From: Candidatus Saccharimonadota bacterium
GTDB taxonomy: Bacteria > Patescibacteriota > Saccharimonadia > Saccharimonadales > UBA4665
NCBI GenBank assembly: GCA_002952755.1
Contig: CP025011.1
Coordinates: 120,001-152,000 of the forward strand
DNA: 32,000 bases
Direction of reading: 5' to 3'
Positions 17,568-24,457 of this stretch are shown here, one piece after another; position 1 is the stretch's first letter, and each line of letters begins with the position of its first letter. The notes beneath the pieces are model-generated. The model saw nothing but the letters and a program-made list of their open reading frames with translations, did not search any database and had not been told where the DNA came from. The position numbers and the translations under genes were made by a program.

Positions 17568-17676
17568 TGAGGCCAGTATCCACTCGCTCCAAATAGAGCG
17601 TTACATGCAGGCTGACTTACGTCGGTCTGGCTGCACTACGCCTGACTCTATTTGGAGCGAGTGGATACTGGCCTCA
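17568..17676 (-). repeat. Hairpin element copy A: perfect 31-bp inverted arms (17568-17598 / 17646-17676) around a 47-nt core
   Basis: The arms TGAGGCCAGTATCCACTCGCTCCAAATAGAG and CTCTATTTGGAGCGAGTGGATACTGGCCTCA are exact reverse complements. The reverse complement of the core matches the copy-B core at about 41 of 48 positions. Confidence 0.85.
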
Positions 17677-17703
17677 GCTTCAGATACTGTATACTAAAAG
17701 CCT

Positions 17704-18144
17704 ATGGGCATAGCAGCACGAGCAATTATTATTGAAGGCAACAAAATCCTGGTGATGAAGCGTGTCAAGTACGGCAGTGAGTACTTTACGCTCGTTGGCG
17801 GCCGCTTGAATGAGGGCGAGAACCTCGAGCAAGCCCTGGTTCGCGAAGTGATGGAAGAGACGGGCCTACAGGTTACTGCCGCCCAACTGGTGTATGTCGA
17901 AGAACACGCCGCACCATATAATCACCAGTATATCTTCTTGTGTAACGTCGCACCGCATCAGGGTGTAGCTCTGCAAGAATATTCTGAAGAAAATATGATG
18001 AACAAGCTCGACGCCAACGTGCATGAGCCCTTGTGGGCTGAGGTGAAAGCATTCGAGAATCTGCCTTTTCGTACGCCCCAACTCCACCAAGCAATCCTCG
18101 AAGCCTTTAAAAAGGGCTTCCCGCGCGAACCGGTTAAGCTGTAG
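17704..18144 (+). CDS. Nudix hydrolase
   Basis: The Nudix box is GGRLNEGENLEQALVREVMEETGL. TATACT-N8-ATG lies upstream. Confidence 0.85.
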   Translation: MGIAARAIIIEGNKILVMKRVKYGSEYFTLVGGRLNEGENLEQALVREVMEETGLQVTAAQLVYVEEHAAPYNHQYIFLCNVAPHQGVALQEYSEENMMNKLDANVHEPLWAEVKAFENLPFRTPQLHQAILEAFKKGFPREPVKL

Positions 18145-18211
18145 GCAGTCTCGCTCAATCTAGCGCGCATCGCCATTCTTTTTGAGAGAAAAATGTAGTA
18201 TTGTTTGCTCT

Positions 18212-18886
18212 ATGTCGTTTAACCTCACTGTCGAAACCCCGCCACCTGACTCCCTGGCTGTGAATGTGCCTGCCGGTGGTTTGCATGAATATGATCAGGC
18301 TGTGCTGGAATCCGGGTACTTTTGGGCGAATGTTGCGCACCTTGCACATACATCGATGGACATGGGCACGTTTTTGCTGGCTAAAAGTATTGCTGCCGAG
18401 ATGGGGCGCACTTTATGGTTGGTATCGGATGGCGGACCAGCACCCGAGCAGAATACCGACCAGCAAAAATATATAGAAAGATTCGGTGAGCGTGACCGTC
18501 GTTGCCTCTTGGGGGTGCTGGCTGTTTCTGATGTAATGCGGCTGCTCCGCGGCTCAGACCCTGATGTTTTCCTCGGTCTGGAAGACGGGATAGGTCTTAA
18601 AAAGGCAGACATCATTGTTGATTTAGGAAATGATAGTGCCTGGTCGTCTTGTAGCGTGCACCTACCAGCTGGAGATGTCGACCAACTCCTCGGCTATCCG
18701 TTGGGCGACGTCGAAGAGCGTTGGTATGTCAACGAGAAGGGTTTGTATATTAAACGTACGCCATATGACTTGAGTGACACAATGCGATTTACCATAGAGA
18801 TGGAGGGGTACCGAGTTCCCGATGACATGCAAACCCTCTTCCCATATCTGGGCGTGCAGGCAATCGGCGAAGCGTCAAGCGAGTAG
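18212..18886 (+). CDS. Hypothetical protein (~224 aa)
   Basis: The ORF is long and I recognise no family. The track start at 18182 is possible, but the first ATG (MSFNL...) is at 18212. Confidence 0.55.
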   Translation: MSFNLTVETPPPDSLAVNVPAGGLHEYDQAVLESGYFWANVAHLAHTSMDMGTFLLAKSIAAEMGRTLWLVSDGGPAPEQNTDQQKYIERFGERDRRCLLGVLAVSDVMRLLRGSDPDVFLGLEDGIGLKKADIIVDLGNDSAWSSCSVHLPAGDVDQLLGYPLGDVEERWYVNEKGLYIKRTPYDLSDTMRFTIEMEGYRVPDDMQTLFPYLGVQAIGEASSE

Positions 18887-18946
18887 TTGTTTGACGGTAA
18901 GCATGTCGTCAACGATAGAATCTTCGAATTCGCCATAAATTATAAG

Positions 18947-18955
18947 TGATAGAAT
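18947..18955 (+). promoter_or_regulatory. Extended -10 promoter (TGaTAGAAT) 8 nt upstream of the methyltransferase ATG
   Basis: The motif was read directly and no SD is present. Confidence 0.45.
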
Positions 18956-18963
18956 TATACAAT

Positions 18964-19713
18964 ATGAAGATCGAAACTACCGCCTCTGTTGACCCTATCT
19001 TTAGCAACCCCCAACTTGCAAGTATTTACGATGCTTTTGACCCTGATCGTAGTGATATCGAACCATATGTTGCGCTGATTAAAAGCTTGGGGGTCAAAAA
19101 AGTAACTGATCTCGGATGCGGAACTGGAGTTCTGGCCCTTCAATTAGCTAAAGAGAGCCTAGACGTAGTTGGAATCGATCCCGCCAAAGCCTCAATTGAC
19201 ATTGCTAAAGCAAAGTCAAGCGCCAGTAATATCGATTGGGTGATTGGTGATTCAAAAGTACTGAATCCAGACTCGACAGATGTAGTAGTAATGACTGGCA
19301 ATGTCGCGCAAGCGATTGTAGATCCTCAAGATTGGTTACATACTATTCAGAATGTCAGGATGGCTCTTTTAGACGGCGGTTATTTTGTATTCGAAACACG
19401 CAAGCCAGAAGCCAAAGCCTGGGAAAACTGGACGAAAGAAAAATCATTCCAAAGTATCAATGTTCCTAAGGCGGGTCTTGTTGATGGTTGGGTTACGCTG
19501 ACAAAAGTAGACTTACCTCTCGTAAGTTTTTGCTGGTCATATTATTTCCATAACGATGACGAGACAATTACTTCAAATTCAACGTTGCGTTTTCGTACTC
19601 TTCAGGAAGTAAAAAATGATTTGTTGAGCAATGGTTTTAAGGTAGTGGAAGTACGAGAAGCGCCAGACCGTATGGGTAAAGAGTTTGTATTTATCGCTCA
19701 AGTTGTAAAATAA
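18964..19713 (+). CDS. Class I SAM-dependent methyltransferase
   Basis: It has the VTDLGCGTGVLALQLA motif I and a DVVVMTGN post-I region. It is lower-GC than neighbouring genes (about 35-48% on hand-counted lines). The track start at 18946 is GTG. Confidence 0.75.
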   Translation: MKIETTASVDPIFSNPQLASIYDAFDPDRSDIEPYVALIKSLGVKKVTDLGCGTGVLALQLAKESLDVVGIDPAKASIDIAKAKSSASNIDWVIGDSKVLNPDSTDVVVMTGNVAQAIVDPQDWLHTIQNVRMALLDGGYFVFETRKPEAKAWENWTKEKSFQSINVPKAGLVDGWVTLTKVDLPLVSFCWSYYFHNDDETITSNSTLRFRTLQEVKNDLLSNGFKVVEVREAPDRMGKEFVFIAQVVK

Positions 19714-19753
19714 AAATTCCCCCGTTAAAAGTGGGGTCTAGCATAAGGTGATT

Positions 19754-19830
19754 TGGTACCCCGGATAGGATTCGAACCTATGACCTTGAGCTTAGAAGTC
19801 TCCTGCTCTATCCAGCTGAGCTACCGGGGC
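19754..19830 (-). tRNA. tRNA-Arg (anticodon TCT), CCA encoded
   Basis: The reverse complement is GCCCCGG-TA-GCTC-AGCTGGATA-GAGC-A-GGAGA-CTTCTAA-GCTCA-AGGTC-ATAGG-TTCGAAT-CCTAT-CCGGGGT-A-CCA. The anticodon stem has only 3 Watson-Crick pairs. Confidence 0.8.
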
Positions 19831-19839
19831 ATAAAGCGT

Positions 19840-19848
19840 ATTGTACCA
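19840..19848 (-). promoter_or_regulatory. Extended -10 promoter (TGgTACAAT) 9 nt upstream of the tRNA-Arg 5' end
   Basis: The minus strand reads CTGGTACAATACGCTTTAT followed by GCCCCGG. Confidence 0.5.
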
Positions 19849-19998
19849 GAGTATAATCTGTGGTCATATCGGTCTTCTGTCTGGCGACGTAAGGTCCAGG
19901 TCTCCGATAGTCCGGATGTACTGACGAGACATGCGGATCTAGCGATACAAAATGGGCGCATTCGGGTTTAGTGCAATTGCAGGCAAAAAGCAGACGCA

Positions 19999-20325
19999 CT
20001 ATTTGCCTTTTTTGAGTTCCTTAAAGCCAACTAATGCAGAAGCTGATAAAACGCTCCAGAATACTATATCAGCAGCTAGACCAAGAGGATATTGTTCATG
20101 ATACGCGTTACCCTTCCATAATATAGATATGGGCTCTACTGAGTTACACAAGCTTACGGAAGGTCTTACTAAAATAATTGGGAAGGGAAGCCCTTTTTTG
20201 ACTTGATGAAGCCCGGAAACTTCACATCCCTCAAAAGATGATTGGCGATTAAAAAGCAATGTAGCAGCCGTAAGCAGGCATGCAAAAGTTAGGATACCTA
20301 AAGTAGAGAGCGATACCTTTTTCAT
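19999..20325 (-). CDS. Small membrane/secreted protein (108 aa)
   Basis: It has an MKKVSLSTLGILTFACLLTAATLL signal/TM segment and a C-terminal hydrophobic segment. An AGGGA SD lies upstream. The gene is AT-richer than the core genes. Confidence 0.5.
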   Translation of the reverse strand: MKKVSLSTLGILTFACLLTAATLLFNRQSSFEGCEVSGLHQVKKGLPFPIILVRPSVSLCNSVEPISILWKGNAYHEQYPLGLAADIVFWSVLSASALVGFKELKKGK

Positions 20326-20377
20326 AGTTAAATTCCCTACGAGCATCTCATTTGCTTATACTTGCAGAACTCAGAAG

Positions 20378-20452
20378 TGGTGCGGGTGGGGAGAGTCGAA
20401 CTCCCGTAGCCAGTTTGGAAAACTGGAGTAATGACCGTTATACCACACCCGC
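20378..20452 (-). tRNA. tRNA-Gly (anticodon TCC), CCA encoded
   Basis: The reverse complement has acceptor GCGGGTG/CACCCGC, anticodon arm CCAGT-TTTCCAA-ACTGG and T arm GGGAG-TTCGACT-CTCCC. Confidence 0.9.
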
Positions 20453-20842
20453 ATAATGAGACAAACCTCTGGTTTTTCTCATCGCGCCGCGCTTTGGCAG
20501 AGCCAAAGTCTCGGGCTGCTCTTTTCCAGAGCTTTTAGCAGACTGCACTCCCTCCAAGCTAGGAAACCGTCAGGCCAAAACAAGTTTGACCTGCCAGTTA
20601 CCTAGCTCCAGGATGCTTCCTCTTCCCCACAAAAAGCTATGCTTTTCGCGGGGACCCGTTTTGTCATCGCACCTTTTCGGCGAAGCCGAAATTGTCCGTA
20701 CCGGGCAACCGGTGCTGCTCTTTTTTCGGGCCCTTAACTCCGTAAGCCTCTCCATAAAAAACTTCGTTTTCGTGGGACTTTTGCACTAAGGGACGTTCAG
20801 GAGTTGGGGAAGAGCATGTGCGCTTATTTGAAACACTGAACA
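20453..20842 (-). ncRNA. Candidate ~390-nt structured RNA directly upstream of tRNA-Gly; possibly a divergent RNase P RNA (rnpB)
   Basis: The roughly 520-bp gap has no credible ORF. A strong promoter lies at 20849-20857. Many local hairpins are present, including a 13-bp one (CCCCGCGAAAAGC-ATA-GCTTTTTGTGGGG). Short motifs collinear with the E. coli M1 RNA as I recall it are described in the findings. The boundaries are approximate. Confidence 0.45.
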
Positions 20843-20848
20843 GGGGTG

Positions 20849-20857
20849 ATTATAGCA
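20849..20857 (-). promoter_or_regulatory. Extended -10 promoter TGcTATAAT driving the candidate ncRNA and tRNA-Gly
   Basis: The minus strand reads TTGTGGCTTTTAGCCCATGAACCTGCTATAATCACCCC. Confidence 0.6.
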
Positions 20858-21017
20858 GGTTCATGGGCTAAAAGCCACAACAAAGAAGCATAAGCGATAT
20901 ATGGTATACAATATGCTTTACAAATCTGCATCAAAGGTGTATAGTTGGCAATGAAGAATTGAGCTGTGGGTTATTCTATTGACTTAATTCCGGTTCTGGT
21001 AAACAAAGGGAGATACA

Positions 21018-21167
21018 ATGTACGGAAGAATTCTGGGCGCTAGCACTGGTGTAGGTACCGCAGCAGTTGCCACGATCCTGCCAAACACGGGCAGCAACAT
21101 GGTCATCGACGTCGCTATTTCGGTAGCTGCGGGTTTGGCCGTTTGGGGCTTTTTGTCTCGTCGTTAA
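21018..21167 (+). CDS. 49-aa micro-protein consisting essentially of an LPXTG-type sorting signal (LPNTG + hydrophobic segment + RR)
   Basis: It is too short for the ORF track and was translated manually: MYGRILGASTGVGTAAVATILPNTGSNMVIDVAISVAAGLAVWGFLSRR*. An AAGGGAG SD lies 6-7 nt upstream and an in-frame TAA at 21000-21002 blocks any upstream extension. Confidence 0.6.
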   Translation: MYGRILGASTGVGTAAVATILPNTGSNMVIDVAISVAAGLAVWGFLSRR

Positions 21168-21193
21168 TCCTTTAAAGGAACGAGAATAACGAA

Positions 21194-21412
21194 ATGACAC
21201 GGTGGTTTAGTCAGCCGTTCACACATATTAAGCGAGGGGTAACCTCGCTTTTTGTGTGTTTTATAGCGGTTTTGCCAATTCTATTATTCGGATACTGGGC
21301 TTACTCATCAGCGCAGGCTGTGGCATCACGTCACAAATCACATGCGGCGGTTGCCTCTCCTATCCAAACAGTACAGCGGATGAATACTCAAATAACGACG
21401 GTGGATTTCTGA
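21194..21412 (+). CDS. Small single-pass membrane protein (72 aa)
   Basis: It has a TM segment, LFVCFIAVLPILLFGYWAY. Its stop lies 1 nt before the glycosyltransferase ATG. Confidence 0.5.
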   Translation: MTRWFSQPFTHIKRGVTSLFVCFIAVLPILLFGYWAYSSAQAVASRHKSHAAVASPIQTVQRMNTQITTVDF

Positions 21413-21413
21413 T

Positions 21414-22562
21414 ATGTGCATTACGGAAACTGAACACGAAATAGGGAAAGTAATCCTGCGATCTGCTACGAAGAAGCGAGCCCGTAAGCCGCGCAAGCGC
21501 CGCATTATGTTGGCTTTATTGATCGCGGCCCATAACGAAGAGCTAGTGCTTGAGAACACTATTCGTTCGGCCATCAAAGCTGGTATGAACCCCAAGGATA
21601 TGTACGTCGTTGACGATAATTCGAACGATGATACCAGCAAGATTGCTAAAAGCATACTTGGCAAAGACCACGTTATCAAAGTGCGTCGCAGTGGCAAGGG
21701 TTTGGCTGTTACTAAAGCAAATAAACACTTTAAATTAAGTAAGCGCTATCGTTGGATTCATATTGCTGACGCCGACGGTGGCTTTGCAAGCAATTATTTT
21801 GCCGTCTTACGTGCGGCGTTACGTCCCGACTATGCTGCAGCCAGCGGCTTTGTGCGCAGCCTGCCGGGCGGTAATGTGGGGCAGTTCCGTGTCTTTGAAT
21901 ACACCTTTGGCCAAGAAATCCATAGGCGTTTTCAGGCCATGATGGGCGCCGTAACGGTAATTCCCGGACCCACTTCTATTTTCCGCTCAGATGTCTTCGA
22001 AAAAGTAAACTTTGCAAACCATTCGTTAACTGAGGACTTCGACGTCACGCTGCAGATTCATCGCCAGCGCCTGGGCAGGATTCAGTTTATTCCGCAGGCT
22101 ATGGCATACACCCAGGATCCACGCACCTTTGGAGACTTCACCAAGCAGGTAAGCCGCTGGAACCGCGGACTCATGCAAGGTTTTTTGACCCACCGCATTG
22201 GCCGGAAGGCGCAGCGCATTGATTTCTACCTGACATATCAGGTGCTGCAGAATATTGCCTTCTTTCTGAGCTATTTCCTCGTGCTCCCTTTCATGGCAAT
22301 TTCGCACCACTCTATAACGGTTGTAGCCGTGGCCTTCTTATATGACGTTGCTGTACTGCTCCTTTTAGTACTCCTGACGGCTATGCGTGCCGGCCGCTAC
22401 GATATTCTAAGTAACTTCCCGCAGATATATACGCTGCGTTGGGTGACGCTAGGCATATTCTTACGCTCGTTCTTCGAAGTCGTATTCTTACGCAAATTCA
22501 AAGGTCCTCAAGGCGCCTGGGACACCGAAGGCCGCCGGTACAAACAAACCGTTACGCTATAG
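21414..22562 (+). CDS. Family 2 glycosyltransferase, processive beta-glycan synthase type (PgaC/IcaA/cellulose-chitin synthase-like)
   Basis: It has LIAAHNEE, VVDDNSNDDT, ADADGG and TEDFDVT motifs and a QVSRW (QxxRW) motif, followed by C-terminal TM helices. Confidence 0.85.
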   Translation: MCITETEHEIGKVILRSATKKRARKPRKRRIMLALLIAAHNEELVLENTIRSAIKAGMNPKDMYVVDDNSNDDTSKIAKSILGKDHVIKVRRSGKGLAVTKANKHFKLSKRYRWIHIADADGGFASNYFAVLRAALRPDYAAASGFVRSLPGGNVGQFRVFEYTFGQEIHRRFQAMMGAVTVIPGPTSIFRSDVFEKVNFANHSLTEDFDVTLQIHRQRLGRIQFIPQAMAYTQDPRTFGDFTKQVSRWNRGLMQGFLTHRIGRKAQRIDFYLTYQVLQNIAFFLSYFLVLPFMAISHHSITVVAVAFLYDVAVLLLLVLLTAMRAGRYDILSNFPQIYTLRWVTLGIFLRSFFEVVFLRKFKGPQGAWDTEGRRYKQTVTL

Positions 22563-22574
22563 CCATACCATAAG

Positions 22575-22615
22575 ATCCACTCCACCAAGGACAACCCTGG
22601 GCAAAGTGGATTTTA
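22575..22615. terminator. Stem-loop between convergent genes (ATCCACT ... AGTGGAT followed by TTTT)
   Basis: The 7-bp stem has a 23-nt loop and is flanked by CCATAC/GTATGG outer pairing. It may act as a bidirectional terminator. Confidence 0.4.
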
Positions 22616-22631
22616 TAGTATGGTTTGCTTT

Positions 22632-23420
22632 TTAGAACCAGCTTTTGATGGCGGACCAGAGGGAGGTGCTGTGATCGGCGCCTGGGATATCAGTTTTGGA
22701 GGGCTTGACTGTCGGTCTGGCGGCAGGTGCAGCGGTTGTATGGGCAGGTGCAGGGCTGATTTGCTTGGCGTGGACGACCAGGCGATTGGTACTGGTGCCG
22801 ACAGGGGTGCAGGTGATGAGTGACAGCGTTGGAGTGGCGGCTTGGTTGAGCACGCTCAAGTCGTCGGGTGAGATGACCTTCGTGTCGGTAACTTGGTAGA
22901 CATAGGCGATGCCCTGGTAGTTGATCTGCAGTTGGTCGCCAACCTTAACCTTATCGAGCAGCGTAAATATCCACTTATAGTCGCCAGGCGCCCATGGTTG
23001 GCCGCTGCTGTGGCCAACGATAACGACGGTCCCGTTCTGCCCGGGCAAGGCGGTATTGCCGTAGTGGACAGTGCCGTGCCGCAGAGCAATCTGCACCTTC
23101 CACTCAACGGTAGACGGTTCGTCAAAGACGATGGGCGCATTAACGTTAATAGAAGGAACGACCAGTGAGGATGGTGCATTGGGATCGGCTTTAGGCGTGG
23201 ATGCAATCGTTGCTGAAGCGACGGGTGGATGGGGGATAATAATCGCCGCGGCGCTATTGCGCCCGGCAAAGGCATAGTGAATGCGTGCCCATATGAGCTC
23301 GCCGTTGAGCAATCCGAGTACGCCAGCCATAACGGTCACACCAATAAGAGGCGGCACGATATGCTTGCGGAACGAAAAGGGCATCTTAGGTACTTTAGGC
23401 CGTGCGGGCTTATCCGACAT
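22632..23420 (-). CDS. Sortase (transpeptidase) with an N-terminal membrane anchor
   Basis: It has a VGHS catalytic His region, an LSLITCTP (TLxTC) Cys motif and a downstream conserved Arg (NRLVVHA). The TM segment is IVPPLIGVTVMAGVLGLL. The start at 23420 (MSDKPARPK) is preferred because TATACT lies 9 nt upstream. The track start is 23483. Confidence 0.85.
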   Translation of the reverse strand: MSDKPARPKVPKMPFSFRKHIVPPLIGVTVMAGVLGLLNGELIWARIHYAFAGRNSAAAIIIPHPPVASATIASTPKADPNAPSSLVVPSINVNAPIVFDEPSTVEWKVQIALRHGTVHYGNTALPGQNGTVVIVGHSSGQPWAPGDYKWIFTLLDKVKVGDQLQINYQGIAYVYQVTDTKVISPDDLSVLNQAATPTLSLITCTPVGTSTNRLVVHAKQISPAPAHTTAAPAARPTVKPSKTDIPGADHSTSLWSAIKSWF

Positions 23421-23524
23421 ATTACGCATAGTATACATTAATATAGCTATTTTTGCAATACCTCCCTGGCGAGACAATATCACGAAACTAAATCTTGTTA
23501 TTTTTAAGGAGAGGGTTGCTTCTT

Positions 23525-23536
23525 ATAGTGGCTAAT
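23525..23536 (+). repeat. 12-bp direct repeat ATAGTGGCTAAT, left copy
   Basis: The identical 12-mer recurs at 25164-25175. The two copies bracket the lower-GC AraC and hydrolase cassette. Confidence 0.6.
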
Positions 23537-23619
23537 CTGTTAGAAATAGCTACTTGCTATATAATTCTTTAGATTAACAGATAGAGAGTTTCGCGATCTA
23601 GGTCTATACTTAGTTTAGA

Positions 23620-24375
23620 ATGCCTACAGTTAATTTTATTGAAAGTGCACCCCCAGAAGGCCTTGCTGCCTACGTAGAAGCTTTTTGGCATTGTCAGATT
23701 ACAGAAAAAGGTGCGATTCGGCTATTGCCTACAGCTTGCAGTGAACTTATGGCTTGCTACACCTCGCTTGGTAATAGAGTCGTGCTAGTTGGACCAATGT
23801 CAGTTTCACAAACCGCTCATGTTACCCCGGGTGAATTATTTGTGGGTGTCCGTTTCAGGCCTGGATGTCAAATCACACTTCAGCAGCAAGGCTATACTTC
23901 GCTAAAGGATACAAAAGTCTACGGACGTGCCACAAACTCAACTCTCGTAAACGATTTTGAGACTGACATGCAGTCTATGGCTACGCCCGAAGCAGTCAAA
24001 ATACGCTTGCAATCCTTAGTTGTAGCTCTAGTCGCTCAAAGACGTATTGTACGCGATGCAGTAATTGACGATTTCCTTTCCATGTCAGAAGCTCGTTCTG
24101 GTCACATAAAAATCAAGGACTCATTGAAAGATTTACCGATTAGTCCTCGTCAATTCAGACGCCGTTTCAAGCAGTATACAGCTTATACGCCAAAAGAGTT
24201 TCTCCGTCTGTGCAGGCAGCAACGAGCGGTCGCTGAGCTAAAAAAGACGAATGCCACCATAACTGATATAGCAGCAAAACACGGCTACGCAGATCATGCT
24301 CATTTTTCTCATGAGTTCCGCGCACTGGTAGGGATAGCGCCCATGGCGTTTGAGAAAGAGTTAACACTCAAGTAG
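23620..24375 (+). CDS. AraC/XylS-family transcriptional regulator
   Basis: It has a C-terminal HTH_18-like region (SPRQFRRRFKQYTAYTPKEFLRLCRQQRA...ITDIAAKHGYADHAHFSHEFRALVGIAP). TATACT-N9-ATG lies upstream. Confidence 0.85.
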   Translation: MPTVNFIESAPPEGLAAYVEAFWHCQITEKGAIRLLPTACSELMACYTSLGNRVVLVGPMSVSQTAHVTPGELFVGVRFRPGCQITLQQQGYTSLKDTKVYGRATNSTLVNDFETDMQSMATPEAVKIRLQSLVVALVAQRRIVRDAVIDDFLSMSEARSGHIKIKDSLKDLPISPRQFRRRFKQYTAYTPKEFLRLCRQQRAVAELKKTNATITDIAAKHGYADHAHFSHEFRALVGIAPMAFEKELTLK

Positions 24376-24457
24376 ACTGTCCATTTTTTACAAGCCAGAT
24401 CTTGGATCTTGATGTACTCTTTTTACTACATATTAAATAGAAAGTGATCTAACCCGT

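Noticed and set aside
17568-17676. Hairpin copies A and B were considered as rho-independent terminators or as MITEs.
   Set aside because: Neither copy is followed by a T-run, and both lie between divergent gene starts, not gene ends. MITE terminal inverted repeats would be conserved between copies, whereas here only the middle is conserved.
20570-20789. ORFs of 61 aa (minus strand) and 67 aa (plus strand) lie in the long gap upstream of tRNA-Gly.
   Set aside because: They have no SD or start context, and their composition is Cys/Arg/Pro-rich and unlike other proteins here. The region is better explained as structured RNA.
20453-20842. The structured region was considered as tmRNA, SRP RNA or 6S RNA.
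   Set aside because: There is no tRNA-like acceptor/T-arm pair and no tag ORF ending in hydrophobic residues, which argues against tmRNA. GGAAGCA and CCTGACGG fragments resemble SRP helix 8, but the flanking bases cannot form the tetraloop helix. The 5' and 3' ends do not pair into the long irregular duplex expected of 6S RNA.
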